A stretch of DNA of 64,000 nucleotides from Endomicrobiales bacterium (GTDB taxonomy: Bacteria; Elusimicrobiota; Endomicrobiia; Endomicrobiales; CAWCFT01): the NCBI GenBank assembly GCA_963794945.1, contig CAWCFT010000002.1:96001-160000 (forward strand), written 5' to 3'. The translations under genes were made by a program, and so were the position numbers. The notes beneath the pieces were generated by a model. It made no database searches, was not told where the DNA came from, and saw only the letters and a program-made list of their open reading frames with translations. Positions 52,194 through 62,569 of the stretch are shown in pieces; within the stretch, counting starts at the first letter, position 1, and the number at the start of each line of letters is the position of its first letter.

Positions 52194-52954
52194 ATGAGAA
52201 ACTTCTACACCCTACTACTTGCCGGGATATTGATTCTAGCCTGTTCCGCGCGCCAGCCTGCCCGCGCCGACGATTTTGCCAATTCACCGATGGGCAAAGA
52301 GCTCATCGACCTCGGCCTCAAATTCCTTGACGACCCCGGCGACTTCTTTTTCAACCTCCACACCGACAACGAAGACGTCTCTCCTCTTCCGCAGAACCGC
52401 AACGCTTCTGTGCGCTTCAACTTTTTGCCTACTACTCTGCCTTTTACCTGGGCCAACCTCAGCGCCAAGATAAAGCTGAAGAACGATATCGGCTACTGGC
52501 CGCAGATAGAACTCAACGGCGAGTACGGCGATATCCTGGCACTGCAGGCCATAAAATCTTCCAACGACGACGGACAGGAGATCAAACCGTCCTTCACGGA
52601 TTATTCAATAGGCATAACCGCGAGCAAGGCGATGAACGAGCAAACCAGGCTTTTCGGCGGCGTCAAGTTCGCCGCGGTCAATATGGACGTAACGTTCTCT
52701 ACTCCGGTAGTGCTGGGCTCTTTCAATATGCCCAGCCTGCACTTCAAGGTTTCCGACACATCCGTTTACATGGGCCTGAGCCAGAAAACCGGCGACGAGT
52801 GCTACACGGTGGCGCAGGTAAGCTACGGCTGCAACTATAACAAGATAACATCGAGGGTAATGCTCTGCTATCCGCACGTTGAGGTAGGCCTGGACATATT
52901 CCCGGAAGGGCTCTGGTCATTCAGCCGTTCCTTGCGTGGCACTGGTATTTTTAA
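52194..52954 (+). CDS. Exported, probable outer-membrane hypothetical protein; frameshift near 52918
   Basis: Signal peptide; alternative frame ends FLAWHWYF-stop, a barrel-like C-terminus. Confidence 0.6.
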
Positions 52955-52957
52955 TCA

Positions 52958-54424
52958 ATGAAAAGAACGATCAGGCACATCACTGTTTTGAGTATCTTAG
53001 CCGGCCTTGCGGGACTCGTGAACGCACAGGAGGCCACAGTACCGGCTGCCGCGCCGGCGGTTGTCGTCTCGTCTGCGGCCTTGCCTACGGCTCCTGCTGT
53101 GCCTATGGCGGCTCAAACAGTTTTGCTCTCAACTGAGAGTATAACGATGCCCTCACAAAGCCTGGCCATTTCGTCGACAGCTGTAACAAATTTAAACACA
53201 CTAGTAGCATTGTCAACCGGCAGCGTCGCGGTGTCTACCGGTATCGCCTCGAACGTTATGGAATCGTCCGCGCTTGAAGCCCACGCGCTAAGAATAGTTC
53301 CCTACTATTCGCTGAACATCCTAGATGCGATATCGATACCCAGCGAGGGCGACACCCTGTTCCCGCTTGACCTCACCAATGATCTGGGGTTAATGGCTAA
53401 CATAAGCGAGAACAACGACCTCACCGGCTTCTACGAACTGAAATATACCGGCCCGGGGTTCAAAAAAGAAGAGGGCCAAAACTTCACCGACAGGACCATG
53501 GACCACGTGGTAGTCTTGAAAGACGAGCAGAAGCTTGACGACAGGAACGTGGTAAAGGCCCAGCTGGACTACATGAAAGAGTATGTCCGGACCGGCGCCA
53601 ACGAGGTCTGGGGCCAGGGGCTGTACGATTTCCAGCGCGTTGGCGGAGGAGTGTTCTTGGGCAGGCAGTTCACGAACGACTTCTACGGCGAGGTCTCCCT
53701 GCAGTTCCACACGCTTGTGTTCCCTAACTACACCGACCTTCTGGCGGAGTACCAGGCCGGGGCGAACGCTGACAGCTCGGCCGGCAAACAAAACCAGAAC
53801 GTCTACCAGGCCGGCGCCTCGGCGAAATACGGCGCCACTAACATGTCGCTGGGCGTAATGGTCATGGATTATACAAAGCAGAAGGTAATTACTCAGACAG
53901 TCCAACCGGACGGCACGTACTATAGCGGCGACCTGCAGAGGGACATGCTCCTGACCCTCAACGTCTCTCGCGAGCAGAAACTCCTTAAATGCCTGATTGT
54001 AGTGCCGGCGATAACTTATAAGTACAAGGTTTCCAACCAGAACTACCAGGACTTCGCGACGCCGACTTCTACCGCGCCCGTCCAGTACGAGGACCAATTC
54101 TATAATTATAACGAGATCGACGCGGTGCTTCCCTTCACGCTTTTCATATCGAAAAAGTGGGACTTCTTCGCCAACTACGAGTTGGATATAAAAACCTACA
54201 CCTCACGTCCGCCTCGCAACGCGAACGATGTTTTTGTTACCGGCACTCAGGCCAACAATATAACTATCTGGGGCGCGGGTTTTGTCTACAAGCCCAACGA
54301 CGTGACAAGGACAACGTTTTTTTATCAATACCAGAGTGAAAGCTCAAATATGAAATTTGAAGAGTACCTGCCCTACAACTACAGCGGCAACACCTTCGGA
54401 ATCAACTTAAACTACAGCTACTAA
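52958..54424 (+). CDS. Outer-membrane beta-barrel hypothetical protein with Ser/Thr/Ala-rich N-terminus
   Basis: Signal peptide, Tyr-rich alternating strands, C-terminal FGINLNYSY. Confidence 0.7.
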   Translation: MKRTIRHITVLSILAGLAGLVNAQEATVPAAAPAVVVSSAALPTAPAVPMAAQTVLLSTESITMPSQSLAISSTAVTNLNTLVALSTGSVAVSTGIASNVMESSALEAHALRIVPYYSLNILDAISIPSEGDTLFPLDLTNDLGLMANISENNDLTGFYELKYTGPGFKKEEGQNFTDRTMDHVVVLKDEQKLDDRNVVKAQLDYMKEYVRTGANEVWGQGLYDFQRVGGGVFLGRQFTNDFYGEVSLQFHTLVFPNYTDLLAEYQAGANADSSAGKQNQNVYQAGASAKYGATNMSLGVMVMDYTKQKVITQTVQPDGTYYSGDLQRDMLLTLNVSREQKLLKCLIVVPAITYKYKVSNQNYQDFATPTSTAPVQYEDQFYNYNEIDAVLPFTLFISKKWDFFANYELDIKTYTSRPPRNANDVFVTGTQANNITIWGAGFVYKPNDVTRTTFFYQYQSESSNMKFEEYLPYNYSGNTFGINLNYSY

Positions 54425-54442
54425 AATCCCCCGAGTTACAAT

Positions 54443-54563
54443 TTGAGACCGTTGAAAAAGTCCTCAACAGCCTTGATTACGATGATAGACAACTGTGATT
54501 ACAGCGATTAAAAACTTTAAATCACTGTAATCAGAGATTATTGAGGTTTTTCGATAATCTCAA
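54443..54563 (+). mobile_element. MITE-like element, family C
   Basis: Ends ttgagaccgttgaaaaa and tttttcgataatctcaa; internal gattac/gtaatc inverted units. Confidence 0.65.
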
Positions 54564-54708
54564 TTTGACATTTCCTACATAAAATTGTAAACTTATTGTT
54601 CAAATTTAATGCAATAAAAAGATCTATCAGCGAGTAGCGTGTATTTCCGCCGGCCGTATTTTTTAACGGGCACCCGATCTAAAAAATCGTAAAATTCGTC
54701 GGAGCAAC

Positions 54709-55991
54709 ATGAAGCGTTTTTTGAGCATTACCGCCTTACTGGCAGTTTGCCTTCCATTTTTTTCCTGTTCAAATAAACAAATCCCCAAGGCTGACGTTGT
54801 GATATGGCACTGGATGACCGACCGCCAGGACGCCTTCGACAAGCTCGCCGATAAATACGAAAAGCTGACCGGTATAAGGGTCGTTTTTGAGACCTACGCG
54901 CCGTCCGATGTCTACAAGGACAAGGTGCACGCCGCAGCCGCCGGCAAGCTACTGCCGGAGATCTACAGCCCTCTCGGAGATAAAAGAGAGATCGCCGCGT
55001 ACATCAACGCCGGGTATATCGCCGACCTGACAGACGAAATGAACAAAGGCTGGAAAGATGAGTTCTTCGCGAAAACGCTTGCGCAGAGCACCTTTGAAGC
55101 CGGCAACGAGTGGGGAGTAAAACCAGGCATCTACAGCGTGCCGATCGACGTCAACGTCATGATGTTGTACTATAATAAAGACCTTTTTAAGCAAGCGGGC
55201 CTCGACCCGGAAAAACCGCCGGAGACATGGGAACAATTTATTGAAGCGGGGGTAAAGCTTAGAAAAGCCGGTATTCAGCCTTTTGTAAGCGGTTTCGGCG
55301 AAGGATGGCTTATCGGCGTTTTTGCCGCGTCTTACGAATGGGCAATATTGGGAAAAGACGGCATATTAGATACTATCAGCGGTAAAATTAGATACACAGA
55401 CCCCAGATGGGTAACTATTTTTGGTCTTTTTGATGACATGAGAAAGAATGACCTTTATTCTTCCGGCATAGCTACCATGCTCAACAAAGACGCTGAAAGG
55501 ACATTCGCTACCGGACAGGCGGCGATAGCCCTGAACGGCTCGTGGGGTGTGAATGTCTATTTAAACATGAACCCTACGCTTAATTACGGCGTAATGATGC
55601 CCCCAAAACTTAAAGGATCAAAATACCCGATGTTGATATCAGGCGGCGAAGGCTCATCACTGAGCATCAACCCGGCGTCGCCCAATAAAGATAAGGCGGT
55701 CGCTTTCCTGAAGTGGCTGACAGAACAAAGAACAGCAGGCTTTCCTGGCGCAGGAAACCAGGAATATCCCTTCCAACAAAGACGCCGGCGGCAGACCTTT
55801 CTCCGGTGCTAAAAGAATTCTCAAATGACATAAATAACACGTTCGACCCTCTGCCGGTAACAGAACAATGGCAGGTCACTAACGCTTTAAATATAGGCCT
55901 CCAGGCGATAATCATAGGCGAAAAGAGGCCTGACCAGATAGCGCAAGAAGTCCAAAACCTGAAAACATCCGTGTCAAAACCAGGCAAATAA
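54709..55991 (+). CDS. Sugar ABC transporter substrate-binding lipoprotein, frameshift near 55725
   Basis: FFSC lipobox, IWHW, LYYNKDLFKQAGLDP..PP.TW. Confidence 0.88.
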
Positions 55992-56209
55992 TAACGCGTC
56001 TTTTACTTTGTTTTGAACTTGCATTAATCGCGGTTATGTGTTAGACTTGTTTTAAATATATTGTGATCGAGGACACGTGAAGTTCAACAAAAATGGACAG
56101 CTTAAATATCAGGCTTTGAGAACCTCTTCTGACGGGTTTATATCGAACGCTTTTTTTATTCATACTATCGGGTATGAGTTTTTTTATTTTAAAAGGGAGA
56201 CTAATTAAA

Positions 56210-57700
56210 ATGAGTGAAGTTAAGCATTATACGACCAGCGCTGAAGACAAAGTTTCTATTTTCCAGAGGGTCGTTTACGGCCTTGGCATGTTCACTAATA
56301 ATTTGGTGCCTGCCGCGCTGGGATGCATGGCCGTGGTTCTTAACCTGGGCCTGGGCATGAACCCGATACTGATCGGATACATCTTGTCGTTCCCGCGCCT
56401 TGTGGACGCGTTCACGGACCCGATCATGGGCTATATCTCAGACAATACAATGTCTAAATACGGCCGGCGTAAACCATATATTATCATAGGAGCTATCCTT
56501 CTCGGTATCACGTTCGCCATGATGTGGCGCATCGGGTACGGCTTCAGCGAAATGTTCTACTTCTGGTTCTTCTTCGTCGGCTTTTTTGTAATGTTCATTT
56601 TCAATACAGTTTTTGCCATACCGTTCAACGCTCTGGGGTATGAAATGACCCCTGATTACCATGAAAGGACCAAGGTCATGGCATGGGCCAACTGGCTGGG
56701 ACAGCTTCCCTGGCTTTTGTGCCCCTGGTTCTGGTGGATAATGGCGAATAAGACCTATTTCAAAACCCCAGTGGACGGAGCTATGTCCATCGCGCTGTGG
56801 GTAGGCGTGGCGGTGGTTATACTGGGAGTTATGCCGGGTATCTTCTGCCGTGAACCGTTCCGGAAAGTGGCTGACGACGAAATGGCGAAAGATGTTAAGA
56901 AACCGGGGTTAATGGAACACGCCCTTGGTTTTTTCAAGGGATTCGGCGTAACGCTTAGGAACACCGCGTTCTTGAAGATCTCCGCCGCGACCTTCCTTCT
57001 TTTTAACGGTTTCATGGTGATAGCCGGGTTGTCGATGTATATTTTTATTTACTTTACGTTTGGCGGCGACGCCGCCATGGGCGGAAAATACAACGGGTTG
57101 TTCGGAACGGTTTCCGCTCTTTCCACGATATTCCTAGTTATCCCGATCGTAACTCGCCTTGCTAAACTGGTAGGGAAAAAGGGCGCTTTCATGATATCGG
57201 CATCGCTCTCTCTCTTCGGGTTCCTTATAAAGTGGTGGTGTTTTAACCCCAAATACTCGTCACAATTCGTTCTTCATGTGCCCGTTATCGGAGATGTACA
57301 AGTCCTGATCCTTCTGCCGGCGATACTTATTTCTTTCGGCATAGGAAGCGTGTTTACGCTCATGGGTTCGATGATGGGCGATACCTGCGACCTTGACGAG
57401 CTTAACTCCGGCAAGCGCCGGGAGGGAATGTTCGGGGCGATATACTGGTGGATGGTCAAACTCGGCCAGTCGCTTGCGTTTGCCCTTTCCGGGTATATCC
57501 TTAACGCGACCGGGTTCAGGGTAGCGTTGGGCGCGGGACAGTCAGCGGCGACATTGCTTAAGCTCAGGCTGTTCGACATCGGCCTTCCGATATTCACCAC
57601 GCTCCTGGCGATACTCGCTATCGCGACTTATAACGTGAACGAACAAAAATGCCACGAGATCCGTCTTGAATTGGAAAAGCGCCGCGGCAAAACCGCTTAA
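56210..57700 (+). CDS. GPH-family (MelB-like) MFS sugar transporter
   Basis: DAFTDPIMGYISD.T.SKYGRRKPY, EMTPDYHERT, D..DLDEL..G.RREG. Confidence 0.92.
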   Translation: MSEVKHYTTSAEDKVSIFQRVVYGLGMFTNNLVPAALGCMAVVLNLGLGMNPILIGYILSFPRLVDAFTDPIMGYISDNTMSKYGRRKPYIIIGAILLGITFAMMWRIGYGFSEMFYFWFFFVGFFVMFIFNTVFAIPFNALGYEMTPDYHERTKVMAWANWLGQLPWLLCPWFWWIMANKTYFKTPVDGAMSIALWVGVAVVILGVMPGIFCREPFRKVADDEMAKDVKKPGLMEHALGFFKGFGVTLRNTAFLKISAATFLLFNGFMVIAGLSMYIFIYFTFGGDAAMGGKYNGLFGTVSALSTIFLVIPIVTRLAKLVGKKGAFMISASLSLFGFLIKWWCFNPKYSSQFVLHVPVIGDVQVLILLPAILISFGIGSVFTLMGSMMGDTCDLDELNSGKRREGMFGAIYWWMVKLGQSLAFALSGYILNATGFRVALGAGQSAATLLKLRLFDIGLPIFTTLLAILAIATYNVNEQKCHEIRLELEKRRGKTA

Positions 57701-57711
57701 CCTTCAAGCAG

Positions 57712-57823
57712 ATTCAAAATTAAATATCAAAATGCAAATATATTGTGTTCGCATACGCGAACTGATTTAAATTAATCCCGAACTTTTTGGACAACTAAAT
57801 TTTAAATTTTGATATTTGATTTT
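57712..57823. repeat. Heptad inverted-repeat element (family A)
   Basis: attcaaaattaaatatcaaaatgcaaat ... aaattttaaattttgatatttgatttt. Confidence 0.65.
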
Positions 57824-57845
57824 ATTCAAAGAAAATTGGCAAACC

Positions 57846-58736
57846 ATGAATTTTATCAACTCGGTCAAAAAATATTTCACTTCTTACCTGTTCATCCTGC
57901 CTGCGTTATTGATGTTCGCTGTTTTCAGCATTTATCCTTTCTACAAGGTGTTCGCGCTCAGCGTATACAGCTGGGACGGCATCTCAAGCGCCATGAAGTT
58001 CGTGGGGCTTGACAACTATATCCATATATTGACAAGAAACCCCAACTTCTGGACGGCTATGGGCAACGCCGCGTACATAACGGTGCTCGCCTTGATCGTG
58101 CAGAACGGCCTAGCGCTTCTTTTGGCCCTGCTCGTTAACAGGGAAATAAAAGGGGACAATATTTACAGGACCATTTTCTTTCTGCCTCCGGTCCTGTCGG
58201 GCATAGTTGTCGGGCTCATATGGAAGTGGATCTACGACGGCAATTACGGGATATTGAACCATTGCCTGGTAAGCCTGGGCTGGGCAAACCTTAAGAATTT
58301 TGCCTGGCTTGCCGAAAAGAAAACATCGCTTACGGCTGTCGCGATAGTCCATATGTGGAAGGGTTTCGGATACGGGTTCATAATTCTGCTGGCCGGCCTG
58401 CAAACGATACCGAATGAACTCTACGAAGCCGCGAGGGTTGACGGCGCGGACGCGTGGCAGCAGTTCAAACATATCACCGTGCCGTCTATGATATCGGTCT
58501 TCACGCTGGTCTCCATACTGACTATTCTCGGCACCATGCAGATATTCGACCTCATATACTCCATGACGCGCGGCGGGCCGGCAGGCCACACCCACGTGCC
58601 TATAACAAGGATATATGAATACATGGCGAACGGCGAGTTCGGCTATTCGTCGGCGATATCTGTGATCTTCGGGATGATACTGTTCATAGTCTCAATTATT
58701 CCAGCTAAAATTTTCAAGGAAGATGAAACAATATGA
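57846..58736 (+). CDS. Sugar ABC transporter permease 1
   Basis: FVGLDNY, RTIFFLP, ELYEAARVDGA EAA motif. Confidence 0.92.
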   Translation: MNFINSVKKYFTSYLFILPALLMFAVFSIYPFYKVFALSVYSWDGISSAMKFVGLDNYIHILTRNPNFWTAMGNAAYITVLALIVQNGLALLLALLVNREIKGDNIYRTIFFLPPVLSGIVVGLIWKWIYDGNYGILNHCLVSLGWANLKNFAWLAEKKTSLTAVAIVHMWKGFGYGFIILLAGLQTIPNELYEAARVDGADAWQQFKHITVPSMISVFTLVSILTILGTMQIFDLIYSMTRGGPAGHTHVPITRIYEYMANGEFGYSSAISVIFGMILFIVSIIPAKIFKEDETI

Positions 58737-59574
58737 ATGAAGCCAGAACAAAAAAAATCTGATCAGCATTATAACGCATACTATATCTTATAATAATTGC
58801 GTTATCATGTATTTTCCCGGTGTTCTGGATGATATCGTCATCGCTCAAAACACAGGATGAAATTTTCACCAAGATGGATCTTTTACCCCAACACTGGAAC
58901 TTTTCAAACTATGCTGAAGTATGGACAAAAGCTGAATTTGGCAGGTACTTCCTTAACAGCGTTATATATACGGTTTTCGGTGTTTTCGGCGTAGTCTTTA
59001 TCAGCTCGCTTGCCGCCTACGGTTTTGCAAGGCTTGAGATACCCGGGAAAGAATTTTATATTTCTGCTGCTGGTCTCAACCATGTTACTGCCTATACCCG
59101 GAGTATTTGTTCCTCTTTATCTTTTATTAAATAAACTCCATCTGCTCGACACAAGGTTGGGTTTGATCCTCTGTTATATAAACGGAGGGCTCGCTTTCGG
59201 CATTTTTCTTCTGAGATCTTTTTTCGAAGAACTGCCAATAGAGATAGAAGAGGCCGCATTAATAGACGGCGCTTCGAGGTTTCGGGATATACTGGCGAAT
59301 AGCGCTTCCGCTCGCAGGGCCTGCAATCGCTACGCTGGTTATATTTAATACTCTCTCCATCTGGAACGAGTTCCTTCTCGCTCTTGTTGTTTTGCAGGAC
59401 AAGTCCAAAATGCCCATACAGCGCGGCCTAATGGTTTTCCAGGGCACACACATAACCGACTACCCGCTACTGATGGCGGGGCTGACCATAGCCACGATTC
59501 CTGTCCTTGTCGTCTATCTTCTTATGCAGAAGCATATAGTTAAAGGCATAGCGGCAGGAGCACTCAAAGGCTAA
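58733..59574 (+). CDS. Sugar ABC transporter permease 2, several frameshifts
   Basis: FSNY..VW, LAAYGFAR, EIEEAALIDGA, WNEFL, QKHIVKGIAAGALKG across frames. Confidence 0.88.
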
Positions 59575-59579
59575 CAATA

Positions 59580-59660
59580 TAATTTAAGATTTAAGATTAA
59601 CGAATTTAGAAGATTCAAGATTAATTGTCATCTTGTAATCTGTGTAATTTTCAATTGCAT
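59580..59660. repeat. Heptad inverted-repeat element (family B-like)
   Basis: atttaagatttaagatt..agattcaagatt ... atcttgtaatctgtgtaattttcaatt. Confidence 0.5.
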
Positions 59661-59665
59661 TAATT

Positions 59666-60900
59666 ATGGAAAAATTAAAATTCTGGTTAATGCCCAACGG
59701 CGGATTTGAAAGCAAGCAGACAATAGAGCGGGAACTCGCCTTTTTCAAAAAACAAAACCCCAAGATAGAAGTAGAGTACGAAATACTATCTTGGTCGCGG
59801 GCCTGGTTCCAGCTAATGCAGGCCATAAAGGAAAAATCCGGGCCCGACATCATCCAGATCGGCACGACCTGGATAGGCACGCTGGGCTACCTCGGCGCCG
59901 TTCACAAACTAGACAAACGCGTAAGGCCGAAAGAACAATTTTGTTCCTACTTTCCTCAACATCTGCCGTTTTTTCGACCACCTCTGGGCGCTGCCGTGGT
60001 TCTGCGAAGGCAGGGTGCTTTTCTACAGGAAAGACGTCCTAAAGAAGGCGGGCGTCAATCCGCAGGACATAAACACCTGGGATTCGTTCAAACAGGCGTG
60101 CGGTAAGATAGCGAGATCAGCGGCCAGCTCGTCGAACATCGCCCCTTTGGGTTTTTCCGCGCAGAAAGAACAGGTGATACTGCAGGACCTCGCCTCATGG
60201 ATATGGTCAAACGGGGGGGACTTCCTCTCGCAGGATTCTAAGCACGCCACGCTGACTTCTTCAGAAACAAAGCAGGGCATGAAGTTCTTCGCCCAGCTGA
60301 TATGCGATAACCTCATCTCACGCGATTCGCTGGAGCAAAACACCGGCGAGGTGGCCGAGAACTTCTTCATGCATGATTCTTACGCTTTCATGTTCTCAAG
60401 CTCGTGGCCCCTGCAGGTCTACCTTAACACCGCGTCTAAACACTTCATAGGAAAACCGCAGGCTGAGAACTACGGCGTTATACCCATTCCTTCCGGCCCG
60501 GCCGGCAGGTACAATTTTGTAGGCGGAAGCGCGCTTGCCATAACCAGCTTCAGCAAACAGCCGGACAAGGCGATGAAACTGCTGGAGTCTTATGACCACA
60601 AAAGACTCCGTTACCAGGTACTGCAAAAGCATAAACATGCTCCCCAGCCGCGTCGACGCACAGATAACGCTCAACTCGGCCAAGGCCACGCTCAAAGTTT
60701 ACCAGGACGCGATAAACCTCTCCGGCCGCAGTTTCCCTATGCACCCTTTGTGGGGAAGCATCGAGCAGATAATACTAAACGGCATGGCCTACACGCTGAG
60801 GGATTTCATACAGTCCAACTGCAACCAGAACGCGTTTTTCCATAACCTTGGCGAGATCAACCAGGAGATAGAGTATATGCTGTCGGTGTTTGGAGAATAG
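59666..60900 (+). CDS. Sugar-binding-protein fold protein lacking a signal peptide, two frameshifts
   Basis: GPDIIQIGTTW, LPWF.E.R.LFYRKD.L..AG, FVGGS.LAI; N-terminus MEKLKFWLMP has no hydrophobic stretch or lipobox. Confidence 0.75.
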
Positions 60901-60907
60901 GTGTTGA

Positions 60908-61022
60908 TGTCATACCGGATTTTGTAAGGCAGGGTGCCTGCCCGCCGTGTTGTAGTGGCGGGAGGGATCTGTCTTGAATAAGAATCAAGATTTCTCTCCG
61001 CCAAAGGCGGATCGAAATGACA
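60908..61022. repeat. REP/MITE-like element with TGTCAT..ATGACA ends and nested GC hairpins
   Basis: tgtcataccg..gggatct..agatttctc-tccgccaaaggcgga-tcgaaatgaca. Confidence 0.6.
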
Positions 61023-61039
61023 GAAGTGGTGTAAAATAT

Positions 61040-62488
61040 ATGACAAATGTATCTGAAAAACTTTTTAAGATCAGCGAGAACTTCCAGGAGCTTATCGGCG
61101 ACATGGACGAGGCGCTGAGGCTCAACCTTGAGCTCCTCATCGGCTCGCTTGCGTTCGACAGGGCGGCGGTGTTCCTGCTCGACGAAAAAGAGGAGGTCCT
61201 CCGCCCGCGGCAGATAGCGACCATCTACGGCGAGGTGGAAGGCGAAGGGGAAAATTTCGTTTCCGCGAAAAAAGGCAACAGCTTCTCGGAAGCCCTGAAA
61301 AAAGGGAAAGTCATAGTCCGCGCCAAAAAGTCCGAGCAGAGCGTTTACGTGCCTTTAATTTTCGGGGGGCAAAAGCTCGGCGTGCTGCGTGCCGACAACT
61401 TTTTTTCTCAGAAGCCCGTAAAAAAAGAGCAGCTTGACGACCTCTCTCTCTTCTCAAAACTATTTGCTATCGGCATATATAACTCCACGACGCACATGTA
61501 CCAGAAGCACCAAGTGGACAAGCTTACCACGCTCACCCGCATAGGCACGGCAATAGCGACCACGTTCAAACTGGGCGAGATACTGGAGCTCGCGCTTTCG
61601 TCGCTTGTTAAGGACTTGGGCTACGACAGGGCGCAGGTCTACCTTTTGGACGACGCAAACAAGATAAGGGAGAACTTGAGCATTGATTTCCGCGGCTACT
61701 TCCGGACGCTGGAAGACGTTACCAACGTTTCCCAGCTTTTCGGCTCGATGCTCTTCCGTGACAACAAGCCTGCGTTCCAGACAAGAAAACTTTCGTCAAA
61801 CCTCATAGCCAACATACCCATCAACTGCAAAGGCCGCAACACGGGGCTTCTGATAGTTGATAACCTGTTCACCCGCCAGTCGCTTACGGCTTACGACCTC
61901 TCCTTCTTGAGCATTCTTGCCGACCAGCTCTCGACCGTCATAGAGAACTCAAGGCTGTTCGAAAGAGTTGAAAAACTCTCCATAACCGACAGCCTCACCG
62001 GGCTTTTCAACCACAGGTATTTTTACGAGCGCCTTAGCGAAGAAATATCCCGTTCCAGCCGTTTTGGCAACAACCTCTCGCTTATAATGCTAGACATTGA
62101 CAACTTCAAGAACTTCAACGACACCTTCGGCCACCAGGCCGGCGACACGGTGCTGACAACTGTCGCAGAGGTTATCCAGGAAAATATCCGCGCCATAGAC
62201 GTAGCCAGCCGTTACGGGGGCGAGGAGATAGCCATAATACTGCCCGGCACCGACATCGAGGGCGCAAAGATCATAGCCGAGCGCATAAGGGTGGGGATAA
62301 AGGAGCGCGAACTCAAGTTCAACCAGCAGTCAACGCACGTCACCGTAAGCATCGGCCTCGTCTGCTACCCCGTCGACGCCACGATAAAATCCGAACTCGT
62401 CCGTAAGGCCGACCAGGCCTTATACTGGGTAAAACACCACGGCAAAGACGGCGTCTGCGCCTACTCCCGCTGCGAAGACTACCAGTAA
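61040..62488 (+). CDS. GAF-GAF-GGDEF diguanylate cyclase
   Basis: TDSLTGLFN, DIDNFK.FNDTFGHQAGD, RAID I-site, RYGGEEI, ADQALY; no TM segments. Confidence 0.92.
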   Translation: MTNVSEKLFKISENFQELIGDMDEALRLNLELLIGSLAFDRAAVFLLDEKEEVLRPRQIATIYGEVEGEGENFVSAKKGNSFSEALKKGKVIVRAKKSEQSVYVPLIFGGQKLGVLRADNFFSQKPVKKEQLDDLSLFSKLFAIGIYNSTTHMYQKHQVDKLTTLTRIGTAIATTFKLGEILELALSSLVKDLGYDRAQVYLLDDANKIRENLSIDFRGYFRTLEDVTNVSQLFGSMLFRDNKPAFQTRKLSSNLIANIPINCKGRNTGLLIVDNLFTRQSLTAYDLSFLSILADQLSTVIENSRLFERVEKLSITDSLTGLFNHRYFYERLSEEISRSSRFGNNLSLIMLDIDNFKNFNDTFGHQAGDTVLTTVAEVIQENIRAIDVASRYGGEEIAIILPGTDIEGAKIIAERIRVGIKERELKFNQQSTHVTVSIGLVCYPVDATIKSELVRKADQALYWVKHHGKDGVCAYSRCEDYQ

Positions 62489-62569
62489 TACCGCTGTATT
62501 GAGTTTGTCTTCCTGAAGGTTATTTGATATTTTTAGGATTTCAAAATTGCCTTATATAGGGGGTATTAA

